Below are positions 12,241 through 23,449 of a stretch of 64,000 bases of DNA, in pieces. Both the position numbers and the translations under genes were made by a program. Where the stretch lies: NCBI GenBank assembly GCA_013239625.1, contig MU053594.1:1395654-1459653 (forward strand), read 5' to 3'. Position 1 is the first letter of the stretch. Every line of letters begins with the position of its first letter. The DNA comes from Lama guanicoe. Its lineage: Eukaryota. The notes under the pieces are model-generated. The model saw nothing but the letters and a program-made list of their open reading frames with translations, did no database searches and was not told the DNA's origin.

Positions 12241-13114
12241 CCATACACTTACAAGAAACCGTAACACCAAATCTCAAGGGTCTGGAGCCGCAAATCAGGT
12301 AAAAGCCCTAACAGTGGAAAAGCCAAGACCAAAGACCACGGCCACACCTGACAGAGGGCGGGCCTGCTCCTTCTAGTGACGAGCCCCACCAGGCCAGGCG
12401 CCGCCCAGGCATCTGGGCGCCCGTGACCTTCCTTCTGCCCCAGCAGCCTCGCCAAGCACACGCTGAACTCCATCCCCGCACCCCACGGCCCCTGTGGAAA
12501 TGTGCAGAAATCAGAAGCAAGAACAAATGGCTTGTGGGGTCCCCAAACTGCAGAGACAGCCAGAAGAGGGGAGGCCCTTCCAAAACCTCTGTGGGCACAG
12601 TGACTTTCTGACCCCACTGCGGTGAGGCCGGAGGAGGGACGAGTCAGCCGGGCCTGACGTTTCCAAACACTGAGGCTAGAACAATAAACAGTGAGCGCCG
12701 CAGGCAGAGAGACCAGCCCGATCTGTGTTTCTCACATTTCTGTCCAAACACTCTCCTGCAGGTTCCAGCCCACAGACGGTCGGTTTATCGCTGGGGGCCC
12801 CCAAGCTGTCGCTGACCTCCAAGAGCGGTCAGAGCTTCCTGGGCCCGATAACAAGGTGACAGGAAATATCTCTGCAGCACAGAGGACAACAGGGCACAGT
12901 GAGCCAGAAACTGCTTTGGGCCAAATTGGAGCCCTAAGGAGGCAGGGATGGTAGTGCCGCTGGAGGAGAGAGTGTCCCTTGCCTTTGAGCTGACTGCACT
13001 GGACACGGAGGCTTGTCTGCCTCATTTTAGCAGTCCCTTTTTACTCCCTGTCTATATTCTGCCTTCTCTGCCAGTTTTTCTGTTTTCCTGCCTCGACAAA
13101 AATATACAGAATGA

Positions 13115-13900
13115 GGATTAAATACCAAGCACTGTGCTGGATTTTAGAGATACAAAGATAAACAGACTCATATTCTATCTTAAGAGAGCTTGCCATCTAA
13201 CTGGAGAAACACGTAGTTATTACTTCTATGGAATGGTATGTGGTGATTTGGGGGTATACAGGGTGCCACAGGAGAAGAAAGGAGGACCACTAGGCCAAGC
13301 CTGGGCATCCAGGAAGGCTTCCTGGAAGAGGAGACCCCCTGACCTGAGTTCAGAAAATAAATAGATTGTATCCAGATGGAAAAAGTATTTCAGGCAGCAC
13401 AACTAATATGAGCAAAGGCACAAACCTGTGACGCCCTGTGGTGTGTGCAGAAACTTAGAAGCAGTGTAATAGGACTAGATGCACCGAGCAAGGGAGAATG
13501 AGGAGCGGTAAGACCGGGGTACCAGCAGGGTCGGGTCCCAAGGGTTTTGCGGGATCCTCCATGCCAAGGCAGGAGCTTGGGTTTTCTCCAGAGGAAAATG
13601 GAAAGTCTCAGAACAGGTGTAGGTAGGGGCGTGACATGAGATCTTTTCAGAAAGCTCCCCAGGCTGTGACGTGGAGCATGGGCGACTAAAGGACACTCCA
13701 GAGGCGAAGGGACCAGCCAGGAGGCGATCACTGCAATCCAGGAGGGAGCACAGGAGGTGGCGTCAAGTGTGGGCACATCAGGCAAATCAGAGATACTGAG
13801 AGGACAGGTTGACCAGACTTGGTCATGAGGCTTTAAGGAGAGAGAGGCATTAAGAACAACCTTGAGATTTCTGAATCGGAGAACTCAATTACATGATAGG
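13115..13900 (-). mobile_element. L2 LINE fragment (~0.8 kb)
   Basis: Antisense L2 motifs caagcactgtgctgg..gagatacaaagataaa, ggaaggcttcctggaagagg, atgagcaaaggcac and aggaggcgatcactgcaatccagg. Confidence 0.75.
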
Positions 13901-13904
13901 ACAC

Positions 13905-14005
13905 CCAGGAGGTGTCCAGAGAGTTGGAAACTGGTTGGCATGCGGAGCAATGTCCCCCACACATTGGTGTCAGAAGTGTTATGAATAGAGAAACCATTTT
14001 TCTTT
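13905..14005 (+). mobile_element. ERVL LTR 3' fragment (MER21-like)
   Basis: gtgtccagagagttgga...ccccacacattggtgtcagaagtg. Confidence 0.55.
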
Positions 14006-14350
14006 AGAAGTTATCTCAGGAAACATCTGTAGGGGAATGAGGACGTAAGATGGGGAGGGAAAAAAAACCCATAAGGGTGGCGTGATGTACAGTTTACAAC
14101 TGTAGCACCGGGTTCACTCCTGCTGGGACCTCTGGGATCAGTGTAGAGCCTGTGCCGCAGAGCCCGAGGGTCCTCTGTGTCTGCTCACTCCCAGGCACTT
14201 GTAGCCAGATGCCACACAGACAGAGCGGGCTCTGGTGACCAGAGAGAAGCGGCGGGCAGTGTATCCTAAGTGCTGGCAGTAGAAGCCTGGCTGGCTTCTA
14301 CTGGGATGCAGATGAGAGCTGAGGGTGTGGGCGGGGCGTGGACAGCACCT
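14006..14350 (-). mobile_element. ERVL LTR fragment (LTR33-like)
   Basis: caggaaaca.ctgtaggggaatgagga...ctgctgggacctctggga.cagtgtaga...gtgctggcagt.gaag. Confidence 0.5.
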
Positions 14351-14677
14351 GCTACCAAACCTAGCAAGGACCTTTGAAATGCACACTGCTCTGCATGATA
14401 GATGTCTGCTGTCAGACATCTAAGCGAAGAGAGCAGAGACCACGAGAGCCAGTGTAAACCAGATATCATAAGGGTGTAAGCAAGACATCCAGAGCCTCTT
14501 CAAAGCAGCATCATGAAACTTGCAGGATGGAAGGGCTCTAGAGAAAGTTTCTGCTGTGCTGGTAAAGGCAGGAGATGGGGGTGGGGAGGAAGGAAAAAGG
14601 CTCTTGGAGTTTTTTGTCTTTCCTTATTCCATAGTTTTGGAATATCCAAGGTGGTTTTCTGCCTAAGACCTCATTTG

Positions 14678-14810
14678 ACTATTATTCTTACTTAACTAAA
14701 TGAAGAAAACAGAGGCACAAAGTAGTTAAGTGATTTTCCCTAAGTCACCTGGTTAGTAAGTATCATAACAGGGTTTTGTGATTCTAAATTCTAAACTTTT
14801 TCCTTTACGC
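14678..14810 (-). mobile_element. MIR SINE fragment
   Basis: atgaagaaaacagaggcacaaag..gttaagtgattt.cc.taagtcac. Confidence 0.65.
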
Positions 14811-15469
14811 CCCATGCATTTGGGCAGGGCCTGCAAAAATCAGCCACCAAACAAACTGAATGAAATGCGAAAAGAAGGACAAGACAATAGTGTGTTATCG
14901 CGAAGGCTTGGAAGGGTGGCACGTCAAAGCCCGGAGAGGACGGAAAGGAAGTGCGATTGGGAGAAGATCGTGTTCTCCGAAGGCTGGCTCTTGAGAAGCA
15001 GGAAGATACAATCCATTTTGATTCTTTTCTTCTGACAACGGCACAGAGGAGCACTGCTGAGAGTTATCTCAGACCCTTGGTAATAAATAACCTTCAGATG
15101 TGGCTGATCCGTGTGGCTTATCTGATGAGACACCATCTCAGGAGTCACAGGCCAATCGAGGGATGATTCCACGATTCTGGGCCTCGATCCTGAGCGTGGA
15201 GCTGTCTCCTGGGTCACCTGCCCCCACAGTGGAGCCAGACTCGCAAGGTGGGAGAGGTGCTCTACCCAGGTGGGCGGGCCAAGGCTCGGGCAGGACTTAC
15301 CCTCAACGGTGATAACAACAACATAAAATCAACAAGAGGAACACTTCACACTTGGCCCTTAACACTTACAAAGCACTTAACCTACATTTTCTCACTTGGC
15401 CTCACAAAATCATGCTCATTTTACAGAGAAAGAAACGGATACGATGAAAGAGGATGAAAGAGCCATCAG

Positions 15470-15655
15470 TTATTGAAGGTTTACTGTGGGTTCATCACAG
15501 GACCAGGGGCCTTCTTAGCATCATGCAAATGTAATCATCTCAAGTTCTCCGCAGGGCACGTCTTCTTACCTCCAGACTGAAGACTGAGGCTTAGAGAGGT
15601 TAAGTATTTGCCCAAGACCACAGCTTGCAGAAGTCAGAATTCAAACACAGGAAGA
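15470..15655 (-). mobile_element. MIR SINE fragment
   Basis: actgaggcttagagaggttaagtatttgcccaagaccacagct. Confidence 0.7.
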
Positions 15656-15884
15656 CAAGGTGCTCGCTAGCAGAGAATTTTAAACAAGCACGTTCCTGGC
15701 ACTGGTAAACACTGCGAGCAGCAAGTGTTACTTGCTACCATCAGTGTTCTTAGGAAAGCTTTGGCCCATCCTCTATGGAAGGCCCACCCCTCCCCAGGCT
15801 CCTCGCTGGGCCAACTCATTGTTCTGGAGTGAGGTTAAGCCCTTCCTGGTTCCAGGCCCTTCTTCATTAAAAAATGCCCACGGG

Positions 15885-16150
15885 TTCCACATGTAAGAGA
15901 CATCATATGTTATTTTTCTTTCTCTTTCTGGCTTACTTCACTTAGAATGCTAACTAATGTATATAAAATAGACAAACAAGTTTATGCTATATAACATAGG
16001 GAACCATATTCAATGTCTTGTAGTAACTTATGGTGAAAAAGAATATGAAAATGAATATATGTACGTTCATGTATGACTGAAGCACTGTGCTGTACACCAG
16101 AAATTGACACAACATTGTAAACTGACTAGACTTCAATAAAAATGTATTTT
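15885..16150 (+). mobile_element. Young L1 3' end with 5' inversion (twin priming)
   Basis: 15885-15949 is antisense L1 and 15950-16150 is sense L1 3' UTR; ttaaaaaatgcccacggg is repeated at 15867-15884 and 16151-16168. Confidence 0.9.
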
Positions 16151-16309
16151 TTAAAAAATGCCCACGGGGAAAATGACTGTACTGAGTTCCTAGCAGTCAT
16201 CGAGCCTCAGTGTGAACCATTCACTAGGAGTGCCCCGCAGGAAGGTTAGGAGGGGCGTTCCTCTCCAGCCGGCAGAGGATTTAATGAAAGAAAAGTGCAA
16301 GGTGAGGTC

Positions 16310-16965
16310 TGCTTACAGGAGCCCTGATCATGGTGGAACTATTGCAGGGATGAGGTGCTTGTCTCATCACAGAAAGAGCTCAGAGATGAGACATGGAGGT
16401 TAAGAAAGTAAAGTGAGGATTTATTAAGGGATGGACAGCACACTCTTAAGGGGAGCGCGCGCAGGCTCAGGTGAGCGGCCGCCCTGAGTTTCTTTGGCAA
16501 GTTGGTTACACAGGGTGTAAAAATGAATGAGCAGTATACTCAGGGGGGGACGGAAGGGTCTGGGGTCATATTCCCTGATTTTCACCCCAGCTCCACCTTC
16601 CTGAAGGGAGGAGAGATTTTTTGCCCATATTTAGTCTGGATCGAAAGTGTTATGGTGTCGGTACATGATGGGTACTTCTGATCTGCAAGGCTAATTTTAT
16701 TGAAATAAGGGCATAATGAGCAAAAGGCTACGTTGGGATGCTGGAGATTCCTGGCTTTTCCCACTTTTCTTCGTCGGCCTCCAGACCTTTTGTCACCCCA
16801 ACATGTGTGACCACTAATCAGCCCAGAGGTTCCTGCTTTTCTCTCTCTGCCCAGGGACCCCTGTTGTTTATATGATGTATAGTTTCCTGCATTTTGCCCA
16901 AGTCCTGCTAGTTGGCCTACGTCCCCCTTTCTCTGCTCATATCTAGCTATCTGCCTGCTCTGGCA
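16310..16965 (-). mobile_element. ERV1-type solo LTR
   Basis: The minus strand starts tgccagagcaggcagatagctagatatgagcag (LTR-like start) and has AATAAA followed by a U5-like tract near 16420. The 3' boundary and TSD are uncertain. Confidence 0.7.
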
Positions 16966-17509
16966 TAACCATCACTCCCCCTGAGGCCAACCCAGCAGAG
17001 GGCAGCCCGGCTACCCCTCCGGTGTGGCTGTACCTGCCTTTGGAGCTTACTCAGGAGTGCCTGGTTATCCACTGATTGAACAGATGGGCACAAAAACAGC
17101 AGAGCCTGCTTCCAGAGATCAGGCACAGAAGCTACATAGATCGGGCCCAGGACAGGTCTCCATCTCAAGACCAACTCAAGTGAGAGCAGCAGGGGTCACA
17201 TCGGGTGACCAGAAGCCGAGAGGTGCAGCTGCGTCTCTGAGGGTTGGGCCTGCCCCACGGACACAAACCTTCAGATGCTGAGGGCCAGGTCCACACTGGG
17301 TCAGCACGCGGAGGGAAGGCTGAGGGAGAAGGAGCAGGAAGAGCGGATGGCTGAAAGGAGATGGGGCTAGGTTGGGGCCCGCATCTGAGCTGCTGAGAAG
17401 ACAGGGAATCCGCAGCCTGGATGGGCAGAGGCAAGACCAGAGTGACCTACACACAAAGCTTCCCTCTGGAGCCTGGTGCCGACATCACCTTAAATATGTT
17501 ATCTCAGAT

Positions 17510-18108
17510 TGACACAAGAGGGAAGAGGGGCAGGGCACAGCCATTAAAGGAATGACACAGCAATGAGCACCAAGATGGTGGAGATTCAACTCCCAGTGGA
17601 CCTTGAGCTTCATTACACACTCATTATAATATATTAGCATGCTAAATGGCACTCCCTCAGGCGCCATAACAGTTCCAAGGCTGACCATAAAAGGTCAAAA
17701 ATGGGCGGTGGCCCAGTTCCTGGGAACCCTACCCCTTCCCCAGGGTAGTTGGAATAACCCTCCCACTTGTTAGCGTGTGAAACTACTGGGCCCATAAAAA
17801 CCGGTAACACGCGCCTCATGGCCTCTGGCTCCCTCGCCCTCAGAGACAGCCAGCGCTCTGTGGAGTGGGTGTCTACTTTTTCTTTAACCACCCCTACGTC
17901 TCATGGCCTCTCCGACCTTCTGAGATGCCCTGCACTCTGTCTGTGGAGTATGCATCTCTCTGAATAAATCTACTTTTACTCAACTGTGGCTCACTCTTGA
18001 ATTCTTTCCTGCAAGAAGCCAAGGACCCTCCCTTGGTAGGGCGTTTCCCAGGGACTCAGCCAAGACCTGTGGCATGGCCGTCTTCTCAAGCCCCATTTTC
18101 CTGTATCA
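17510..18108 (+). mobile_element. ERV1 solo LTR, MER41-like
   Basis: TG...CA ends, 4-bp flanks agat/agac, cataaaaa TATA-like motif and aataaa; paralogous to 30653-31180. Confidence 0.85.
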
Positions 18109-18740
18109 AGACAGCTGCTGAAGCAGCAGTTTGCCTAACACCCTTCCTGACTGGCGGCAGGGGGCCTTGTCTCATTTGCCCTGGAATTGCACTCCAGTCA
18201 GATCGGAGCGGCACCGTCCTGGGCCAGCGCTGGGACCAAGCCCATCCCAGCTGGAGGGATGGAGGGGCCTTTTCTACAGCCACTTAGGTCCTGGCTCTGA
18301 TCCCTTCCCTCTGGAGGAGTTACAGGGCCCTCCTCAGCAGTGAGAGGACCTGTCACATGGGGGCCTTGGATAATATGCTTCTGTGGTGTCCCAGAGCCTG
18401 GCCACCACACACTCATGAAAACATAGCTTCAGTAAAAGACAGAAAATTAAGTCAACCATCCAAAGGTTTCCTGAGAGTTTGGAGATGGGCTTCTGCGGCA
18501 GCTAATTCAATTTCTCCCTTAGTATCTACATCCTCTTGAAGCCGGTGGACAGGTCCAGCCAGACTTCAAATGGCTCCACATGGAAACCAGGATTGGAGTC
18601 CTCTTTGGATAGAATTTTTCCCCTTCTGGCTAATTTCCATTCCAATGTTAAGGAGAGCTCTTTTGTCCCTCTAGGCTTCTCTCCCATTGAATTTAATTTA
18701 GAAAAGAAGCCTTAAAAATACTGAACTGAAAATTAGTTTC

Positions 18741-18893
18741 GGGGGGAGGGTATAGCTCAAGTGATAGAGCGCATGCTCAGCATGCATGAGGTCCTGGGTT
18801 CAATCCCCAGCACCTTCTCTAAAAATAAATAAATAAGTAAATAAACCTAATTACCTCCCCCTCAAAAAATAAAATAAATTAAAAAAGGAAAAA
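18741..18893 (+). mobile_element. tRNA-Ala-derived camelid SINE (Vic-1 type)
   Basis: tRNA-like head, tail aaataaacctaattacctccccc; perfect 13-bp TSD gaaaattagtttc at 18728-18740 and 18894-18906. Confidence 0.95.
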
Positions 18894-19414
18894 GAAAATT
18901 AGTTTCATGGTCCAGGAAAGAAGCCCCCGCTGTGGGGGCCGTGGGGACAGTATGACAAGGACTGGAACGCGGTGTCCACACATGTCTGCAGGTCAGGCCA
19001 GGGCGCCCCCGGATGAGGAAGCCTCGGCCCCAGCAGGGTGCTGGGCTGAGGCCACCGTGGGGAGAGGGAGGGCACACGGTGACATGCCAGGTGGGGTAGG
19101 ACTGGGGGTTGTGGGGATAGGGGACACCGCTCAGGTGAACTGGAGGGGCCCCAGACATAACCAGAGTCAGGCCTGAGCCCTGAGCTTTGCCCGAACACGG
19201 AGAGCTGGCACCACGCGGCTCAAGGTGATCTTAAAGTTATCTTTCAGCCTCTGTTCCCCAGAGAAGAGAGAAATCTTCAGACTGTTGCTTGGGGGGTTCC
19301 CCACCCCCCACCCGCCTCAACAAGGAATTCTGCTTCCGGAAGGATGATCACTTGGTCCTGGACCCTGGCTCTGCCCCAGGAAAAAATGCAGAAAAGTCAA
19401 TTCAAAGACAGCAG

Positions 19415-19620
19415 GTGGGGCTGGCAGAGGTGAGCTTTGGGGCAAAGGGAATCAAACCCGGGCCCCTGGCTTTAATTTATTTAATTAAATTCATTCATTC
19501 ATTCATTTATGTCATTAATTTCTTTATGCCCACCTTTCCTCCTCTGTCAAGTGAGGATAATAATATCCACCTCAAAAGGTTTTTGTGGGAGACAGTAGAG
19601 TTTATGAGTGCTTGGAGAAC
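19415..19620 (+). mobile_element. MIR SINE fragment
   Basis: tttcctcctctgtcaagtgaggataataatatccacctca core. Confidence 0.6.
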
Positions 19621-19799
19621 CATCCATGGAGGGTTTCAAGGTCTTTGTCCACGTCCCCTTTCCTCTGATCAGGGGCCCAGGGGGAGGGCGGGGACGCAGA
19701 CCCTGAGACAAGTCCAGTCTGGACAGAAGCTGGACATCTGCTGGCTTCTCACTCAGCATAGGGCCCCTGGAAGCCAACCAGGGAAGCACCTTTAGCCAC

Positions 19800-20050
19800 C
19801 TGCATTTGCATAGCACATTACAGACCTCAAAGCACCTTCACTTAACATCACCAGCATTAGCTTAACGCCAGATATAGTGTTAGGCAGGTAGAGCAGGTAT
19901 GCCTTTTATCTTTCTCATTTTACAGGTGAGAAAACCCAAGGTTTCAGCAGTTTATATAAGTTATCTGAGGCCAAGGAGCTAATGAGATGCAGAGTTGGGA
20001 TTTAAAGCTACTTCGTGTGGTCCCCTGCTCAGTCCCCATCCACCACACCC
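19800..20050 (-). mobile_element. MIR SINE fragment
   Basis: cattttacaggtgagaaaacccaagg...gcagagttgggatttaaa. Confidence 0.65.
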
Positions 20051-21131
20051 TGTCCATGAACATCTTTCTGCCAAAGCTGCCCCAGAGGCTGAGAAGGAGG
20101 CAACAGGAGCCTGTCCAAGATTAACCATGGCCTCTGGATTGCAAGGGCTGGGGTGGGGCTGACCCCTCCAGAGTGGTTTGTTAATTTAGTGCTAGCTTGA
20201 CCCCTTCAATTAGCTGCTGGACAGAGCCAGGCCCAGGGGAGATGGACAGCAGGGCTTAATGGAAATGGGGATGCTGGTGATGATATGAACAATCTGAATT
20301 ATGGTCTCAATTTGCACAGAGTCTGATGGATTTGCAATAACTCCAAAGCAGGTCAAGTGTCTATGTCTTCTCTTTTGCTGATCTCACACAATGTCTCTCC
20401 ATTTGTCCGGCTCTCTCTCCGGCTCTCTCTCTCTGAGTAGCTGCCCGCCCTTCCCTCCCTTTGTTAGCTGCCCTCTCTGTGGGTCTCTCCGCAGTCTGCT
20501 GACCCGAGGGCATCTCTGCAGCTGGGCCCTGAGGACTGGGGCTGCTCGGCATGGGCCGGGCACGAGGACCTGGGAGCTTTGAGGCCACCCAAGGGGACAG
20601 ACTACACTCCATCCAGGGACTGCATCCTCTGGCAGTTTTAAGACAAAGGAACACTGTGGTTTGGTGTCTCAGGGGTTGATTGTGTGTGGGTGAAATATGG
20701 TTATAGTTAATGGAGTCAGGATATAGGCGAGTCTTCCTGGCAGGGGAAACGAGGAGACAGCAGAGGCCTGGAGCAGATGCCAGAACATCCTCCAGGGCAA
20801 GCCAGTACTAACTGACATATTCCAGAGTTTACAAGCATTCTTGAAAACTTGAAAGATCTTATGACATTGTCCATCTTCCTGCACTCCTGCAGCGGGGGCC
20901 TTTGAGAACGGTTATTGCCGGTGGCAAGAGGTGGTGTTGGGTGGCGCCCAGAGGAGATGCTGGTACGCTTGCTGCTCTCCCTCTCGCATGTCGGGTACCA
21001 GCCCGGCTAAAGCGATGGAGGGACATCTTGGTCAAGCCCAGGTCATCTTGGCCAACCACCTACCAGGTTTGCAAACTTTCTCCAATTTCCCTAGCAAGTG
21101 GCCATTCAGCCTCATCTGAGTGCTTTAAAAA

Positions 21132-21450
21132 AATTTTTTTTAATTCTTACTTTTTATCAAAGTGTAGTCAGTTTACAATGTTAGTTTCAGGTGTACAACA
21201 AAGAGATTCAGTTATACATATACATACACATGAATTATTTTTTCAGATTCTTTTCCATTACAGCTCATTAAAAGAAATTGAACATAGTTCCCTGTGCTAT
21301 ATAGTAGGTCCTCACTGTTTATCTATTTTACATATAGTAATGTATATCTGTTACTCTAGATCTATCCCTCCCCACCATCCTCCTCCCCCCAGTAACAAGA
21401 GTTTGTTTTCTATGTCTGTGAGTCTATTTCTGGTTTGTAAATAAAATTTA
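21132..21450 (-). mobile_element. Artiodactyl L1 3' end
   Basis: tagtcagtttacaatgttagtttcaggtgtaca...tagttccctgtgctatatagtaggtcct...gtttgttttctatgtctgtgagtct. Confidence 0.9.
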
Positions 21451-21510
21451 TACCTTTAAAAAAATTAAAAATTAATTTTAAAAATTAATTTTAAAAAAAT
21501 TAATTTTTAA

Positions 21511-22012
21511 TTTTTTTAATTGAAGTCTAGTCAGTTTACAATGCTGTGTTAATTTCTGGTGTACAGCATAATGCTTCAGTCATACATATACATACCTATA
21601 TTCCTTTTCATATTCCTTTTCATTATAGGTTACTACAAGAGATTGAATATAGTTCCCTGTGCTGTACAGTGTAAACTTTTTGTTTATCTATTTTATATAT
21701 AGTAGTTAGTACCTGCAAATGCTGAACTCCTAATTTAACCCTCCCCCTCCCCTTACCCACCTGGTAACCATAAGTTTGTTTTCTATGTCTGTAAGTCTAT
21801 TTCTGTTTTGTATTTCTTTTTATGGCTGAGTGGTATTCCATTGTATAAATAAACCAAAGCTTCTTTATTCAGTCATCTGTCAATGGACATTTAGGTTGCT
21901 TCCATGACTTGGTTATTATAAACAGTGCTGCTATGAACATTGGGGTGCATGTATCTTTTTGAATTAGAGTTCCCTCCAGATATATGCCTAGGAGTAGGAT
22001 TACTGAATCATA
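21511..22012 (-). mobile_element. Young L1 3' UTR plus ORF2 end, with internal deletion
   Basis: ttgaagtctagtcagtttacaatg 3' end; jumps near 21812 to ttttatggctgagtggtattccattgt...gtgctgctatgaacattggggtgcatgtatct. Confidence 0.9.
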
Positions 22013-22469
22013 CCCATCCAGCTTCACTATTGCTCTAACTGTTCAAACATTTTTTCCTTCTATTAAAGAAAAAAATCTCCTAACAGCTTGTACTTTTTTA
22101 TCTACAACAAGGGTGAAAAAATGGCTAATAAGGTACTTATTGGTAATTTGATTCTTGAGTGCTTTGCTTGGTGATCTCAGGAGAGCCTCCTCCCTTTCTT
22201 CTCCCAGGAGGACTTCCTTGGTCTTCTTAACAGCATGGAGACAGGGAAAGAGCTCTAGATTAACGTTCAGGAGACCTGGGTGTTGACCCCAGCTAAACTA
22301 CGTGTAAGGTTTGGCAAGTCTGTCCCTGGGTCTGTCCTTGCCTCTTAGCTCGCGATGGGAAGTCATCTATATATATTTCTGGATGGGCCACAATTGCTGG
22401 ATAAGCACCCACTGTACCCTTGGCTCTAGGGTGTGTGTTGTAATAGAGAGGACTTTAAAAAACAACAAT

Positions 22470-22725
22470 TACTATTACTATCATTTAATGAACATTTATT
22501 ATATGCTAGGCATTTTGCTAAACACATTATTACATATATTATCTCTTCCTTTCTCATGTTTCCACCTCGACAGTTAAGGTCCATTATTAGCTCCACCTCA
22601 TAGATGAAGAAATAGAGGCTCAGGGAAGTTAAGTAACTTGCTAAATATGACATAACTGAAGTGGTGGAGGTACAGCTGGAGCTCAAGTTTGTCTGGTTCC
22701 GAAAATATGTTCTTAACCATTATGC
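22470..22725 (-). mobile_element. MIR SINE
   Basis: catttaatgaacatttattatatgctaggca...agatgaagaaatagaggctcagggaagttaagtaacttg. Confidence 0.75.
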
Positions 22726-22842
22726 AAAGATATCATTCCAGCCTCATGGAATCTAAATTCTAGTAGAGAAGGAAAAAAATAAAACACAAAAAACACTAAG
22801 ATATACAATATTGAATCAACATATAATATGAATCAATATACA

Positions 22843-22910
22843 AATATTGAATCATGATGCTGTACACCTGAAACTAAAGTAATATGTCAATTACAACTCA
22901 ATAAAAAAAA
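22843..22910 (+). mobile_element. L1 extreme 3' end
   Basis: gaatcatgatgctgtacacctgaaactaa...tcaattacaactcaataaaaaaaa. Confidence 0.75.
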
Positions 22911-23172
22911 TTTCAAGTAGAAAGTTTTTTAAAAACTACTAGACAATAAAAGTTAATGACAAGAGAAAGTAGAATTAAATTGGAGACTAAACTTCAGTCT
23001 TCTAAAAGTGTGCTGTGCTAAAAACCAATAGCAAATATGTATAATATATATACACCAATAACAAATATATATTATATATAAAATATTATTAATAATATAT
23101 ATATAATGAATGACTCTCCATACAGAGCAAGGTAGAAAAGTCCCAAAGAAAATATATGATTTGAGAAAATTC

Positions 23173-23345
23173 TGTGAAATATTTCGGTAATTCTCACAAT
23201 ATTTCAAACATTTTCATTATTGTATTTGTTATGGTGATCTGTGATTAGTGATATTTGAAGTTACTATTGCAAAAAGACTGGCTTGCTGAAAGCTCAGATG
23301 ATAGTATTTTTTAGCAATAAAGTATTTTTAAATTAAAAAACAAAA
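23173..23345 (+). mobile_element. Internally deleted Tigger1-type sequence, apparently inserted as a polyadenylated retrocopy
   Basis: Tigger1 left-arm motif ggtaattctcacaatatttcaaac...gttatggtgatctgtga is joined to the right-arm motif gctgaaagctcagatgat...ttagcaataaagtattttt. No TIRs; A-rich tail; 15-bp direct repeat gatttgagaaaattc at 23158-23172 and 23346-23360. Confidence 0.8.
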
Positions 23346-23449
23346 GATTTGAGAAAATTCCAGTGTATTATCTCCAGGGGATTAAAAAGAACCAAAATGG
23401 GTAAATCCTGTGCACAAAGCACATTAAAGAAAAGATGAAGTTTTTACTA

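Noticed and set aside
12340..12800. CpG-enriched patch (similar one at ~59850-60560) as a CpG-island promoter
   Set aside because: CpG density is only modestly raised by eye, with no promoter or first-exon evidence.
18741..18820. tRNA-Ala-like cloverleaf heads (also at 2703, 12108, 31910, 44513 and 62513)
   Set aside because: Each has an AT-rich tail, flanking duplications in most cases, and stem mismatches. They are SINEs, not tRNA genes.
20277..20326. Box C (GTGATGA) and box D (CTGA) snoRNA-like motifs
   Set aside because: The span is only about 50 nt, with no terminal stem and no recognisable guide sequence.
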